A DNA stretch of 63,635 bases, the filler included, from Asterionella formosa (taxonomy: Eukaryota), in NCBI GenBank assembly GCA_002256025.1. It is 5 parts of 5 records of this genome, joined end to end, with 100 filler letters (N's around TTAATTAATTAA, not from the genome) between each part and the next. Parts side by side here need not be neighbours in the genome. Positions count along the whole stretch, not along the records: positions 12,752 to 25,399 come from NKIB01007317.1; 4 more parts are not named here. The stretch is one strand, 5' to 3'. Positions within the stretch are counted from its first letter, which is position 1. The number at the start of each line of letters is the position of its first letter. The notes beneath the pieces were generated by a model. That model made no database searches and was not told the DNA's origin. It worked only from the letters and a program-made list of their open reading frames with translations. Position numbers and translations under genes: made by a program. Positions 12,652 through 23,784 of the stretch are shown here, in pieces.

Positions 12652-12751
12652 NNNNNNNNNNNNNNNNNNNNNNNNNNNNNNNNNNNNNNNNNNNNTTAAT
12701 TAATTAANNNNNNNNNNNNNNNNNNNNNNNNNNNNNNNNNNNNNNNNNNNN
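12652..12751. other. Artificial scaffold linker (Ns with TTAATTAATTAA)
   Basis: 100-nt spacer carrying stops in all six frames; the same linker recurs at 25400, 38146 and 50891. Confidence 0.95.
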
Positions 12752-13054
12752 ACCATGTACCGGTACCGGTACCACGTAGCGACAATTAATCACCAGTCTT
12801 GAGTTTTGCATTTTCTTATTTGCGATTATTTTTGATTTAGTACCAGGGTACATCAAACGTCGACCTTCCGTCGAAAAAGGCGGAACAATGTGATGTTGGA
12901 GGGTTCCATAATCATGCCACCAACGTCTGATTTCGAACAGCGTTGTCGTGGCTGGCGACTAGCCAATCGCCAGAATTCCCACGGATCTTTGGATGTCGTC
13001 AGGCACAATGAGACATTTCGAATCTGACAGTAGATTCATGGAATAACTGTCTGT

Positions 13055-13202
13055 ACGTCAGTACATGTAAAATCTTCCTATTTCACAATCGATTTCTGAC
13101 CTCAGAAAACTTGGCTTTTGTTGCTGGGGAGATGTGGAATTGGAACTCATTTTATTGGTTCCAGTTCCCTGACGTCGTCCTCTCCTACTCCGCGCTTGAC
13201 GT
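13055..13202. promoter_or_regulatory. Cluster of three TGACGT motifs upstream of the cyclin gene
   Basis: ACGTCA 13055-13060, TGACGT 13170-13175, TGACGT 13197-13202. Confidence 0.45.
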
Positions 13203-13511
13203 CCCATCACGATTAGTATCTACAACAGGAATTCGCAGGTCGACTGCCTATTTAGAACGCGAGCAAGGTAGGTTCGTAGTTGCTTGCGGAAGTTTAGAAT
13301 TTTGTCTTGATTATGTGATTTTTTAACGTACATAGACTACAAACATTCCGGTACTATATGTACTACATAGACTACTCTATATAATGCATGAAGTCAATTT
13401 ACACATGCACTGTACCAATCTTCTACATGCACATATTATGCTATGATCCTTTAGTGTTTTTTATGTGTTGGTGCTTTGCCAGCAATTTACACATTTGCCA
13501 TAACTTTTGGA

Positions 13512-14513
13512 ATGCCGACAACCATGAGGAATAACAACAGCGCAATCGAAGCCGTTGTTGACCGTGTGGCAGTGATGCGATATCAAGAAGAGACATCCTA
13601 TGCTCTAAAGTCGTACTTGCCATCGGACTCCTCGCAGAACTTGAACGTTGCGTGGCGTGAGAAGATCTGCCATTGGTCCTACAACGTCGTCGATCATTTT
13701 GATCTGAGCCGAGAAGTTGTGGCTATTTCGCTCTCCCTATTTGATAGGTTCCTAGCCACACGCAACAATGAATGCAACGGAAACCTTGCCTTGCTCACCT
13801 CCCTCACCACCCTTCATTTGGCCATTAAGATACATGATTCTAAGAAGATTAGAATCAGTACTTTGGCGAACCTATCTCGTGGCCAATTTGGAGCCTCGGA
13901 TATTGAAGATATGGAGTGGCGCGTCCTCCGGGATCTAAAATGGAAGGTGCACCCTCCCACGGCGTATTCCTTCGTCTATCAGATTCTCCTCTTCTTACCA
14001 CAAGAGGCAAGCTCCTCGGTTCGCAAGGAAATCTTTGAACTCTCTCGGTATCTAACCGAACTGACCGTCTGCGACTCATACTTTGTGGACGCTAATCAAT
14101 CATGCATTGCCTTTGCGGCTATCCTCAATGTACTGGAGGATATTCCGTACAACCGACTATCTGCTGGTATTAGGGAATGTTTCCTTCGTGATTTGGGATC
14201 AAAGGCATCCCTTCACTACGGATCTCCAGACGTTGCGGTCGCACGGCAGCGTATCACAGCCATGTTTGCGTCTGACAGCATGCTGGAAAACAAATTAGAA
14301 CTAATCGACAGTCAAGGGTCTGTAGGATCAGGGCGCTCTAGCTCTGTAGAGTCCTTGGGACGATCCTTTCGACGTGCCAGAGCCAATTCTGGTGACAGCA
14401 AAGGATCTGCATCTCGGTGCAGCCCTTCCTCCCGACGACGCATTGCAGTGGCATCACCATCGAATCATCAGCAAAGGAGAATGCAATCATCTCCAATTGT
14501 TGCAAAGCCGTAA
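13512..14513 (+). CDS. Cyclin (diatom-specific cyclin-like)
   Basis: Cyclin box WREKICHWSYNVVDHFDLSREVVAISLSLFDRFL...LAIKIH...MEWRVLRDLKWKVHPPT. A probable 5'UTR intron spans about 13268..13482. Confidence 0.85.
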   Translation: MPTTMRNNNSAIEAVVDRVAVMRYQEETSYALKSYLPSDSSQNLNVAWREKICHWSYNVVDHFDLSREVVAISLSLFDRFLATRNNECNGNLALLTSLTTLHLAIKIHDSKKIRISTLANLSRGQFGASDIEDMEWRVLRDLKWKVHPPTAYSFVYQILLFLPQEASSSVRKEIFELSRYLTELTVCDSYFVDANQSCIAFAAILNVLEDIPYNRLSAGIRECFLRDLGSKASLHYGSPDVAVARQRITAMFASDSMLENKLELIDSQGSVGSGRSSSVESLGRSFRRARANSGDSKGSASRCSPSSRRRIAVASPSNHQQRRMQSSPIVAKP

Positions 14514-15697
14514 TACATTTGGCAATTCGAAGGAACGTCTCGCTCGGACACACATTGTTTCTAAAACATCATGCACACAATAGACACGCATAGAATTCTC
14601 GTACATATCACTTTACAAGCACATACAATCATCCTCAAGGTACTCAATCCGAGCGCACATACCCACACACTTCGGATTACGACAAATCAAATAATTTCCA
14701 TAGCTATCATTGACAATGAATCTAGACCTTCTGTCATTCATTTAAGCAATTTAGTTCCACTTGCCTACGGATACTTACCTAGATTTGTCACCGATTCCTA
14801 GCTTGGCTTACCTCCCCCCGAGAGCCTAACCATGTCTACATCCAATCTCAGACGTCGTCGCATATGCCAACATTTCCATATTACCAATTCCTATGTTGGC
14901 TCGCAACCACAAATAGTTGGCATCCCTTGGACTACAAAAGTCGTATTATGACAATACACATACAAATATATTTACTATGGGGAAAACGTTAGAATCAGCA
15001 ACGAATCAAATGAGCACATGTGACTGGTTTGCAAGAGAATCGTTTTCGTTTTCGTTTCGTCGGTTATAATATACCAGCATATTCTTGCATTTTCCCTCCT
15101 CATCCGTGTAATTTTGCTTTTACCCCTGTTATTGCTTACATAGCATGTAAATGTGATACCGGCCATTAGTCGCCTTTCTATGTACCAGGTATATCTATTG
15201 GTAAGTAAATAACGCAACTGCAACGACTACCGGTACATTACCTGGTACAAGGAACTTTCACGATTCCTGTGATTTACTGTACCTGGTAATGGAACCATCA
15301 GCCTGCAGTCCATTTTAACAAAGACATAAAATCAACATTTCGACTCCGAGTAATAATGCCAAAGTAACAGTACCTGGTACCAGGTACCAGGGTACCAGGG
15401 TACCCAACCTAAGTTTTGATGCAAGAACAAACTCGAGAGCGAGCTCTGCTGCTCCTCTCATGGACACAACTACGTATGAATTGTCCCGATATTGATGAAG
15501 GAAACTGCGTAATATCTACATTTATGTACTGGGATATCGTCCGGATAATGTAATTACATATTGGTATTGCCTTTGTTTTCCGACGTGGACGCGGGCCTCG
15601 TGACGCATCCTTGATAATGGTGAGCACGGCGACGCGAACATACGTACGAACAGCATCACATTCATCCATCCATATGCTTCCAGTATTCTCACACCAC

Positions 15698-15770
15698 GGA
15701 ATGTCCGGTAAAACACGATTTTTACTTATAAAAACATTTTAAGCTAAATATCTCGTTTACCGGACCTTCC
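15698..15770. mobile_element. MITE family B copy (inverted relative to 1544-1613)
   Basis: GGAATGTCCGG...CCGGACCTTCC, flanks CAC/CAG; interior resembles the reverse complement of 1544-1613. Confidence 0.65.
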
Positions 15771-15971
15771 CAGGCGTTATTTTTATATTCTATGCAGCAA
15801 GACAGACTGACTCGTCTTATGAGTGGTTCTATAAAAAAAAGAGGAAAATTGATTCTACACGCACCGCGAAGATAGGTCTCGTAAGGTTAATTGCATTGTG
15901 AAAGACGAGCAATTGAGATTGAAACAAGCAAAAGACAGACAAGATAGAACTTTAACAATCACAAAATCGAT

Positions 15972-17174
15972 ATGACAGCAATAAAGGAAAGGAATCTCAA
16001 ACGAAAAACAGTCGGTGCCGCAAGCCTTAATCAGAATGACGAAGTGCAAGGGCCTCCGACGCAATCTGATAGCACGAGCAGCAAGCGACCTCGACCGGAG
16101 GGCGACGATAGAAGGCAACTTCTAGTACCATCGTCTCCACGATTGAGTTACTGTGATTCGAGCAGTATGATGATGGACAACAATTCGTCGTTCAATGAAA
16201 CGTCCGTCGAAGCTGTTGACACGATCAGGACTGGGATCAGTGTTGCCCCAACCACAACTATATCGAGGGACGCGAATACGACAATGATGCACACTGATTG
16301 CATACCGGATCACAAGGAGATCACGACTTCGTCCATTCATTCCTTTGAAAGCTCGTCCACCCTATCTTCCACTGAAAGCACCCAAGTTGAAATAGTGGCA
16401 AAAAATGAAATGAAAGTACATGCCAATAGCGCAATGAGCTGTCATGATAGCATTTCAGTCGCCATGAACAAGAATCAAGCCAGTAACTCAGGATGGTACA
16501 AGTTCGTTTGGGTTATGCTGGCCCTATGTTTCGGTCGTTTCACGATGCCCAGAAACTCCTCAATGCCAGTAGACCCTGAATCCATTTACGTCCCCGGTGG
16601 CGGATTTTCTGGCTTTTGGTTTACTATTGGACGCCTCCAGTCCATTCCTAACCCAGAACAGAAGAAGTTTTATTGCTTTTCGGCCGGTTGTCTCGGTGTA
16701 GTGGCAACCTTGAGCAACTATACTGTGGACGAAATGTCTGAGATGGCATTTCATGTCCAACAGCAGTGGAAGGATGGTCACGTCGATCGATACGGAGTTG
16801 TGAGTCTATTCCTGAACGGGCTATTGAAAGAAAAACCCATTGCCACTGAGAACTTGTCGCGAATTCACATTATCACATCCGTCCGACAGGGCCTGTTTGG
16901 GCTAGCTCCCAGCGTCCAGCAGGCACGGTCGATCTCGCACCTAAACAAACTGTTGCTACAAACCACATGGATCCCTTGGGCTGTTGGGAATGGATTATTT
17001 CATGAAAATCATATGGATGGTGCGTTCACTGCCTCACAACATCCGACCTGTGAACATGCATTGCATTTACCAAGAATGTGGAGTTTGTATCTCAATACGA
17101 TCAACATCAATTTAGGTGTGAACTTGGTGCGCAAGTTTTGGAAGGCAGGACTGGAGTATGGAATTTCAAAATAA
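15972..17174 (+). CDS. Patatin-like phospholipase domain protein
   Basis: Gly-rich GGGFSG, nucleophile motif CFSAG and DGA motif; low-complexity N-terminus followed by a hydrophobic segment. Confidence 0.7.
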   Translation: MTAIKERNLKRKTVGAASLNQNDEVQGPPTQSDSTSSKRPRPEGDDRRQLLVPSSPRLSYCDSSSMMMDNNSSFNETSVEAVDTIRTGISVAPTTTISRDANTTMMHTDCIPDHKEITTSSIHSFESSSTLSSTESTQVEIVAKNEMKVHANSAMSCHDSISVAMNKNQASNSGWYKFVWVMLALCFGRFTMPRNSSMPVDPESIYVPGGGFSGFWFTIGRLQSIPNPEQKKFYCFSAGCLGVVATLSNYTVDEMSEMAFHVQQQWKDGHVDRYGVVSLFLNGLLKEKPIATENLSRIHIITSVRQGLFGLAPSVQQARSISHLNKLLLQTTWIPWAVGNGLFHENHMDGAFTASQHPTCEHALHLPRMWSLYLNTININLGVNLVRKFWKAGLEYGISK

Positions 17175-17622
17175 TACGTGTTGTGGTGATGCATGGATGG
17201 CACAATCAATGGTCCTGGTTTTCTTGAAATCTTAGTTTTTGAAATCTTTATTGATTAACGTTTATTGAGTCTAATATTCCATTGTAGTTTGCCAAGGCAG
17301 AAAGGCTTGACGATTTTTAGCATGGTTTCAAAATAGCTAGCATTGCATTATTACTCACTCAGACTTTATACAGGTGTCATAAATTGATGTGAAAGATGCT
17401 TGCAAACCCGGTAATATACCGGTAGTTGTGTTCCTACTTTTGTACCGTCGTAAGCTAGGCCCCCCTTCACTTCTTGTCAGAACGGAAACACAATACCGGT
17501 TGGTGCTATATGGAAAATGTCGTTTTGGCAGACATATATATATAGCTGTGGTGCGACTACCCGGTGGTAGTTTTATTGTGGATAGGCTTCGATGATTTTC
17601 ATCGACAGTCAAAAAGTCAAAA

Positions 17623-19080
17623 TCAAGGGTCATGTCGTTTCTTCTTGGGTGGTTCCAAGCGGAATTTACCCGCAATCATCAAGTGATCAGATGGATACCG
17701 TAGCCCCGGCAGCTTGTGCGACTCCATTTCCGCTTCCTTGGGTATCGACAAGCGATGCGTACAATGCAGTCCTTGAAAAAAAATATAGTCAATGACTCGT
17801 TGAATTGTATTTTCTCCTCGTGTCTTGTAAGTGGTGAAGAGATTTGGCGACGACAAGTCGTATGTTGATTGATATCCAGCTTGGAGGATGTTCTTGATCG
17901 CTGATACTGAGTCGTTCTTACCCCATTGTTGCGGTCTGTCAGAGTTAAAATCTCCCAGTAAGAACACCGGTGTTTCTGGGACATATCCGTATCGTAACTT
18001 TTGAATTTCCTCGATCAACTCTTGCACTTGTGCACATCGAATCTCCTCATTCTCAATACTTGCACTGGCTTTTAAGTGTGTGACTCCCACAATTATAATA
18101 TGACTTGACGCCCTGTGTTGTAGTGTTGCCAGGAGGCCCACTTGCGACCCTGACTTGTAGACGATACGTTTCTCCTGAATTAGTTTGAATTTTTCCGCCT
18201 TGAACAGAAATGCACAACCATCACTATACCACCCAAGTTTGATACCAGGTGAATATAATTTGGGCAAGAACAGTCCAGAGTACCCAAATATCCCACAGAG
18301 GATTGGTCCGAAGAATCCATGGTAACGATCAACTTCTTGGAGGGCCATAATATCCGGAGAATGCTCAAGCAAAACTTCCAAAATTCGCCATCGGCGTAAA
18401 CGAAAGTCTAATACAATCTCAGGATTCGGTAGGTTGGTAAAGCCTCCATGTGCGTTTTTGATACAATCTGCTTCCATATCGTCATCAAGAAGAAATGGAC
18501 GAAGCGATTCTGGTCCTGCAGAAAGTCCTTCGGCTAGCGTATTGAATTGAAGTACCGAAAAAAAAATTTCATCGCCATCATTGGCATTTAGATTGGACTG
18601 CTGCTTCCCTCGACTGATTCGACTTTTCCACGGCAGTGGCATCAGTGCAACAATGCGCTTGAGAAGAGCACTTCCAAAGAAGCCACGGCGTCTCTTGATG
18701 TATTCCCATTCTCGTTTGTATAACTCACATTTCCCCACAAGACTCTGTCGTTCTTTTGCGTGCTGTATTCTATCATAGACGTCCTGTACAGAGTGAAGGT
18801 CTCGAGCAACACTGGACTCCGCTTCCAGGCGCATCCATTTGTGCGGTTCGACATGGTACTCCAATGCAGCACAACCGAACGTATCCACGATATGACAGTA
18901 TTCTTCGACAAGTGGTGGTTTAGAGCCAACGTCAATGCTACTATTGGCCATGTGAATGATCCGCGGCCGAATACCGGACGACGCGGAAGCGGCTGATAAG
19001 GATCGAAGCGGAAACGCGGATGAAGCACTAATCGCAATTTGACTGAATAACGCTACAGAGAAGGCTCCTCTTTGTCGCAT
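17623..19080 (-). CDS. Nocturnin/CCR4-like EEP-family phosphatase with a probable plastid presequence
   Basis: QFNTLAEGL, PDIMALQEVD, SDGCAFLF, THLKA, LGDFNS, IDYIFF, YPSDHL; N-terminal signal peptide ending ASSAFP. Confidence 0.85.
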   Translation of the reverse strand: MRQRGAFSVALFSQIAISASSAFPLRSLSAASASSGIRPRIIHMANSSIDVGSKPPLVEEYCHIVDTFGCAALEYHVEPHKWMRLEAESSVARDLHSVQDVYDRIQHAKERQSLVGKCELYKREWEYIKRRRGFFGSALLKRIVALMPLPWKSRISRGKQQSNLNANDGDEIFFSVLQFNTLAEGLSAGPESLRPFLLDDDMEADCIKNAHGGFTNLPNPEIVLDFRLRRWRILEVLLEHSPDIMALQEVDRYHGFFGPILCGIFGYSGLFLPKLYSPGIKLGWYSDGCAFLFKAEKFKLIQEKRIVYKSGSQVGLLATLQHRASSHIIIVGVTHLKASASIENEEIRCAQVQELIEEIQKLRYGYVPETPVFLLGDFNSDRPQQWGKNDSVSAIKNILQAGYQSTYDLSSPNLFTTYKTRGENTIQRVIDYIFFQGLHCTHRLSIPKEAEMESHKLPGLRYPSDHLMIAGKFRLEPPKKKRHDP

Positions 19081-19274
19081 GGTTTGGTTGGCTCACCAAG
19101 GCAACCACAAGAAATGCTTAATGGAGCCTGTTTACAATCCTCAAGTGGAAGAACGATCCGAACAGAGAACAGCATTAAAAAGTGAGAAGGGGTGTCATAA
19201 CTTCTGAGCGAATCTGTGTACATCTAATACTATAGTGATGCTGGCATTTCTGTTACCTGGTATCCTGGTACCTG

Positions 19275-19363
19275 CAAGTTGCGGTAATTTTGCTGAAAAT
19301 AAGACTTTAGCTATCTTTATCCCTTATTCAATTGCTTATTTAAAGCAAAATGACTGCAACTTG
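19275..19363. mobile_element. MITE family A copy
   Basis: TIR CAAGTTGCGGT...ACTGCAACTTG, CTG target duplication; homologs at 39037 and 48479. Confidence 0.8.
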
Positions 19364-20474
19364 CTGGTATGGTATACCGGTAATGCATGTTCCTGGTAGC
19401 CAACAAAGCGTTCTCAATCTCCGTGTGTTCCTGAGGTACTAAGTTAGTCTGAGGTGGTGATTACAATGACGTGACCGCATCCTCGACTGGCTGACCATGA
19501 TCACTCAGCACATGTATCGGTACCAGGTACCAGGGTACCACAGGAGCTAGTAGACTCCCTCGTACTCCAACCACTTCAACCACAGTACCAGGGAGTACCT
19601 GGCTGCAAGACGAAGTGTGCAACTGGTAGGTCTGGTCCCTGCCCTAAAATACTTCTTCTCAAGACCCCACGCACCCCCCCCTAAAAATGCATGGTCCAGC
19701 CCTACATACATGTTATTTCATAATATCGTCAAGCAAACCCGGTGTACACAGCCACAATTGATGATAAAAGTATTTCATTTAGACGGGGGTACAAGATACA
19801 GGCCAACTACACCACTGTTTTTCTATAGATACACTTTTGTTTTAGGTTTGAACGGTTTTCTAGCATCAATTGAATTTCAATTTTTGGCGCACTCGCTTGC
19901 CCAAATTCCTTCAGGGCTTCAATGGTAATTTGTGTTGTTTTCCATTAAGTTTTAGAGTACATTAAAACTATGCTGAAAATAGCACCTGTGCCCCTCCTAA
20001 GAATGGAGAGGAAAAGAGGGGGTGAGGTTATGGTGGCCTATATCAGCCCCTGGGACACCAGCCTTCAAATAGTCTACTTCCTACTATTATTGAGTGATGT
20101 GGTGCCAGTCTCCATCACCTAGTTTCAGGATGTGTGCTCCTGATATGCATGAAAGGAACCTTTAAACATGATTTCAAATGAATTAGATAAAAATTGTGAA
20201 TGTATTAATATATGCACAGTTGAACACTTGCATAGAACAAAGACACTCTTTATATCCCACATCATGTGTATACTATCATCAGTTAATCTTATACATAATT
20301 CAAATCTATACAATGCAAATAATTTTTTGATCAGTTATTTTCTCATATTAATGACATTGTTTATCAAATGGTCAATATGCATTTATCGAATGAATAGGAT
20401 ACAAATATCAAACTTTACAGAGGATACTTTCTGGTCCTCGTAAATGATGATTGCCAGTAAATACTGTCCGCCTC

Positions 20475-20645
20475 CTATAGATACTAATGCTTGGTTGTTT
20501 CTTCGTGAGGCCGTTATTGTGAAACCTTATCAACTATAGATACCAATGGTAGGTTGTTTCTATGTGTCTGTGTTATTGCATACCCTCCATCCATCGCCTA
20601 TAGATACTCATGTGTGGCTGCTTCTACTTGACGGCATTATTGGTG
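20475..20645. repeat. Three imperfect tandem units of about 60 bp
   Basis: CTATAGATAC...GGTTGTTTCT...TTATTG recurs at about 20475, 20534 and 20598. Confidence 0.6.
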
Positions 20646-21419
20646 TTACGTGATAGTTGTTTCCATTTCGTCATTGTAATCATCACATGCATCATTAGAG
20701 GTGCGGCAGAAATGGTTTCCATGTGAATATTATCGTCGCATCATCTTTATTTCTACCGATTTTCATTATTGTTGAGTTCATGAATCATCATGAGAACGAG
20801 CGTTTTGATCATCAATGCGACAAGGAGTAGAATACAGACGAGAGATTGTGCCAGGCTTGCACGTTCTCTCATTGGTTGCTGAGACTGGGTTGCCTGCTCC
20901 TGGAATTTTTCCAAAGGACAGTAGAGGCTCTTATTTTCTGGACAAGAATTTCACAACGCGTTGCTTAGGTGCGGTTGCAAGAAGGCATGGACAAGGAGCA
21001 GGCAATGACATGCATGATGAATGAAGTGTCATAACAAATGAATACGATGTTTTGAGGAGAAAAGGGATGATACAAGTTGGACATGACACCAGTGTATAGA
21101 GTATTCAATTAAATTGATGAATTATCTTGGTATAATTGAAGCATCCTCCACAATGATGACCCTTGGACGATGGAATCGAAGCCTTGTATACAATACAAAA
21201 GATTTCAATCTTAACAGTGATACAAATTATTTTTTGTTGTTTCTTCAGAAAAAATGAATCTTTACAGAGATACATTTCACAAATATATCTCTGTAACGGC
21301 AAAAAAATAGCCGTTTTCTTTATGTCTCTGCAAACATGTGCATCAGACTCAGCAAAAATATTTGCAATATGCGCTTCAATTATTCAATGTTTCTGACAAT
21401 TATCATAACTGTAACGAAA

Positions 21420-21925
21420 ATGACAAATCGACCGGAAGAACCTGACAGTTGGGATGTCATTGACAATCTTGATATAGAAAGAGGAACAACAGAGCTTTTT
21501 GTTGATTGCAGCAGTTGTATTATCATTTTTGAAGTCCTAGTATGAACGAAACTCAAAGCCAGTGAGAATTCCAAAATGGGAGCATCAACGAATTGACTGG
21601 AATGAGCATGTTGCAAAGCTTCTTCATGAGAATAGATTTCATCATGAATATTGAATGACTCTTGAAGCTTTCAAACAACTACTGGAACTCCTTCGACTTT
21701 CCATCACAGTTAATGTTGTCAAATCAAATGCAAGTTCCGGTTTATACAGCTCAAATCAGAATATTTATCCTGAGTTGATCCTTGCCATTGGACTTCGCTG
21801 GCTTGCAGGCTGAAACCTCATAGACATTTGTCATGTCTATGGAGTTTCATTGATGTTGTCACCAACAATGGGTTTAGGCGACCTCCGGCTAATGTATTGT
21901 GCCGACAGTGTGAACTGACTGAAAT
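21420..21925 (+). pseudogene. PIF/Harbinger-type transposase remnant with stops and an internal deletion
   Basis: Translates to DWNEHVAKLLHENRFHHEY*MTLEAFKQLLELLR...IYPELILAIGLRWLAG*NLIDICHVYGVS, then jumps to a C-terminal-like GFRRPPAN. Confidence 0.7.
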
Positions 21926-21971
21926 AGGATTAATGTACTAGCATACAACTACAACTGGAAGGAATTAGGTT

Positions 21972-22704
21972 TTAAAAAGAACTAAGTATAAAAATAATTG
22001 TTAACCTAATTATGATTAGATGCATTTTTTCAGCTGTTTGTATGAGAGCTACAGAATTCTTGTTCAGTGCATCCATAGCTTCAAAACGTTTGGCTTCAAA
22101 AAATTCAACAAAACTGACATTCTCTTGATACTCTTTAGAACCATCACATTTTCGTGACACCTTATTGCTTGCTACTTCAGTTAGAGCTTCCTTTAACTTT
22201 TCGCGGTACATATTTACAACATCTATTAGTTCCTTCTCTCGTTTTACAAGAAAAGTTGCTCGAGAAAATTCTGCATTGGAACTTTGAAAGGCAAGTGTCA
22301 TTTGTGTATGACGCTCATTTGCTTTTGAAAGTTCTATAAGCGCATTGACCACTTGTTTGGATGTGTTTTCAAACTCATTTCTGCCATATTTTCTACCTTT
22401 TCTTCATTAAACAGGTAGCTTGGCAAAATCATCCTATACAGGAATGTGAATAAGACTGTACATAGCAACACCATCACTTCAACTTGGTACTGCATAGGCA
22501 CGGAAATGTGGCACCTGTTGAAGCCATAAATGATAGTACAAACAATAAGGCCGGTTTTGAGTCATTGGCAATATCTTCTCTGGTAGTAGAAAGTTGCTTT
22601 GATAGTAGTAGGCAAGGGGAATTCCTTGTTGATGATTCAGGAGTAAAGGGAGTGCCGTTTTTTTTCAGACCCTTCTGATCACAGGTTGACCAGTCACATC
22701 TCAC
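21972..22704 (-). pseudogene. Disrupted ORF convergent with the Harbinger transposase remnant (possible accessory ORF2)
   Basis: Fragmented helical/low-complexity ORFs (126 aa and 76 aa) facing the transposase, as in two-ORF Harbinger elements. Confidence 0.4.
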
Positions 22705-23784
22705 CTTGCTTACTCCAACCTCCTTGATTTCTTACTATAAATTAAGAAAGCAATATGCTTACTTTGCATCCAAGCATGGCTGGACTGTTACTGATTCAGA
22801 AAATATTGACTGGATTAATCTTCACCCAGGTGAGACTGAATGAACTCCCCACTAGTCGAGGTCCATAAAACATACTTAAAAATTTATTTCATTACTACTA
22901 CCGGTATACAGGTACCGGGTAAATATGATGGCAACATGATTGTTGATTTGTTGGAGCAGCGTGACAAATAAATAAAGTGCACTCACATGATGAAGAGGCG
23001 TGAAGCACGCAAACAAGCCCGCACTGCCATTTGAGTTTTGTTCGTCCTGGTTCTTAGTGAATCTTGCTTTCGTCGTGGGTTTGCTCTTGACTATATGTAA
23101 TACCGGGACATAGAGGTACCGCCATGAGCCACTACAGGTAGTGCATGAGACACAGTCTGTACTGCATATATTTATATCGCTAACACGATTGATTGCATGC
23201 ACTACCCGGTATACTAACGGTATTTATATCGGTTTTGAATTCATAAAACTCGCGCCGGCCGATCCATGGTGTCTCCATTGATCATAGGCGACACATGAAT
23301 GCGACCATATGTGAGAACTCGCAACCACAGACAAGTACGAATGAATATGCAGGTACCGTTGATCAAGCGATGTCGACAATTTCTACAGAGCTTACCGAAG
23401 TCGGACCTGCCAGGATGGTCTCTTAACAACATCGCAACACACGCTCATAGTTAAGAACAAGCCGGTAATTCATGTTGTTTAGTGCAAGACCGATTTAAAA
23501 TCCCGGTAGAATAGTATGTTAGATATACGTTTCTTAATATATTCTTTATCAAAATATCGATTTCCTACTTATGAACAGAGAAATTCAAACTCACCGGTAT
23601 TAGGATGGTGTTGATACTTGTACTGAAGGTCACAGGATCAGCTGTTTTGGCAACAGGGTATCTATGTAGCTTGACACGAATGATTCACTTTCTTGTACCA
23701 GGTACTACCGATATTATTCACTGTTTCTTTATTTATTCCATATTTCCTGTGATCACCCCTCAAGATCCCAGACGAAACAGAACC

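Noticed and set aside
12696..12707. TTAATTAATTAA as a biological motif recurring every 12.7 kb
   Set aside because: It is always embedded in 100-nt N spacers and is a six-frame stop linker.
20475..20645. CRISPR-like array
   Set aside because: Only three degenerate units, similarity extends through the would-be spacers, eukaryotic context and no cas genes.
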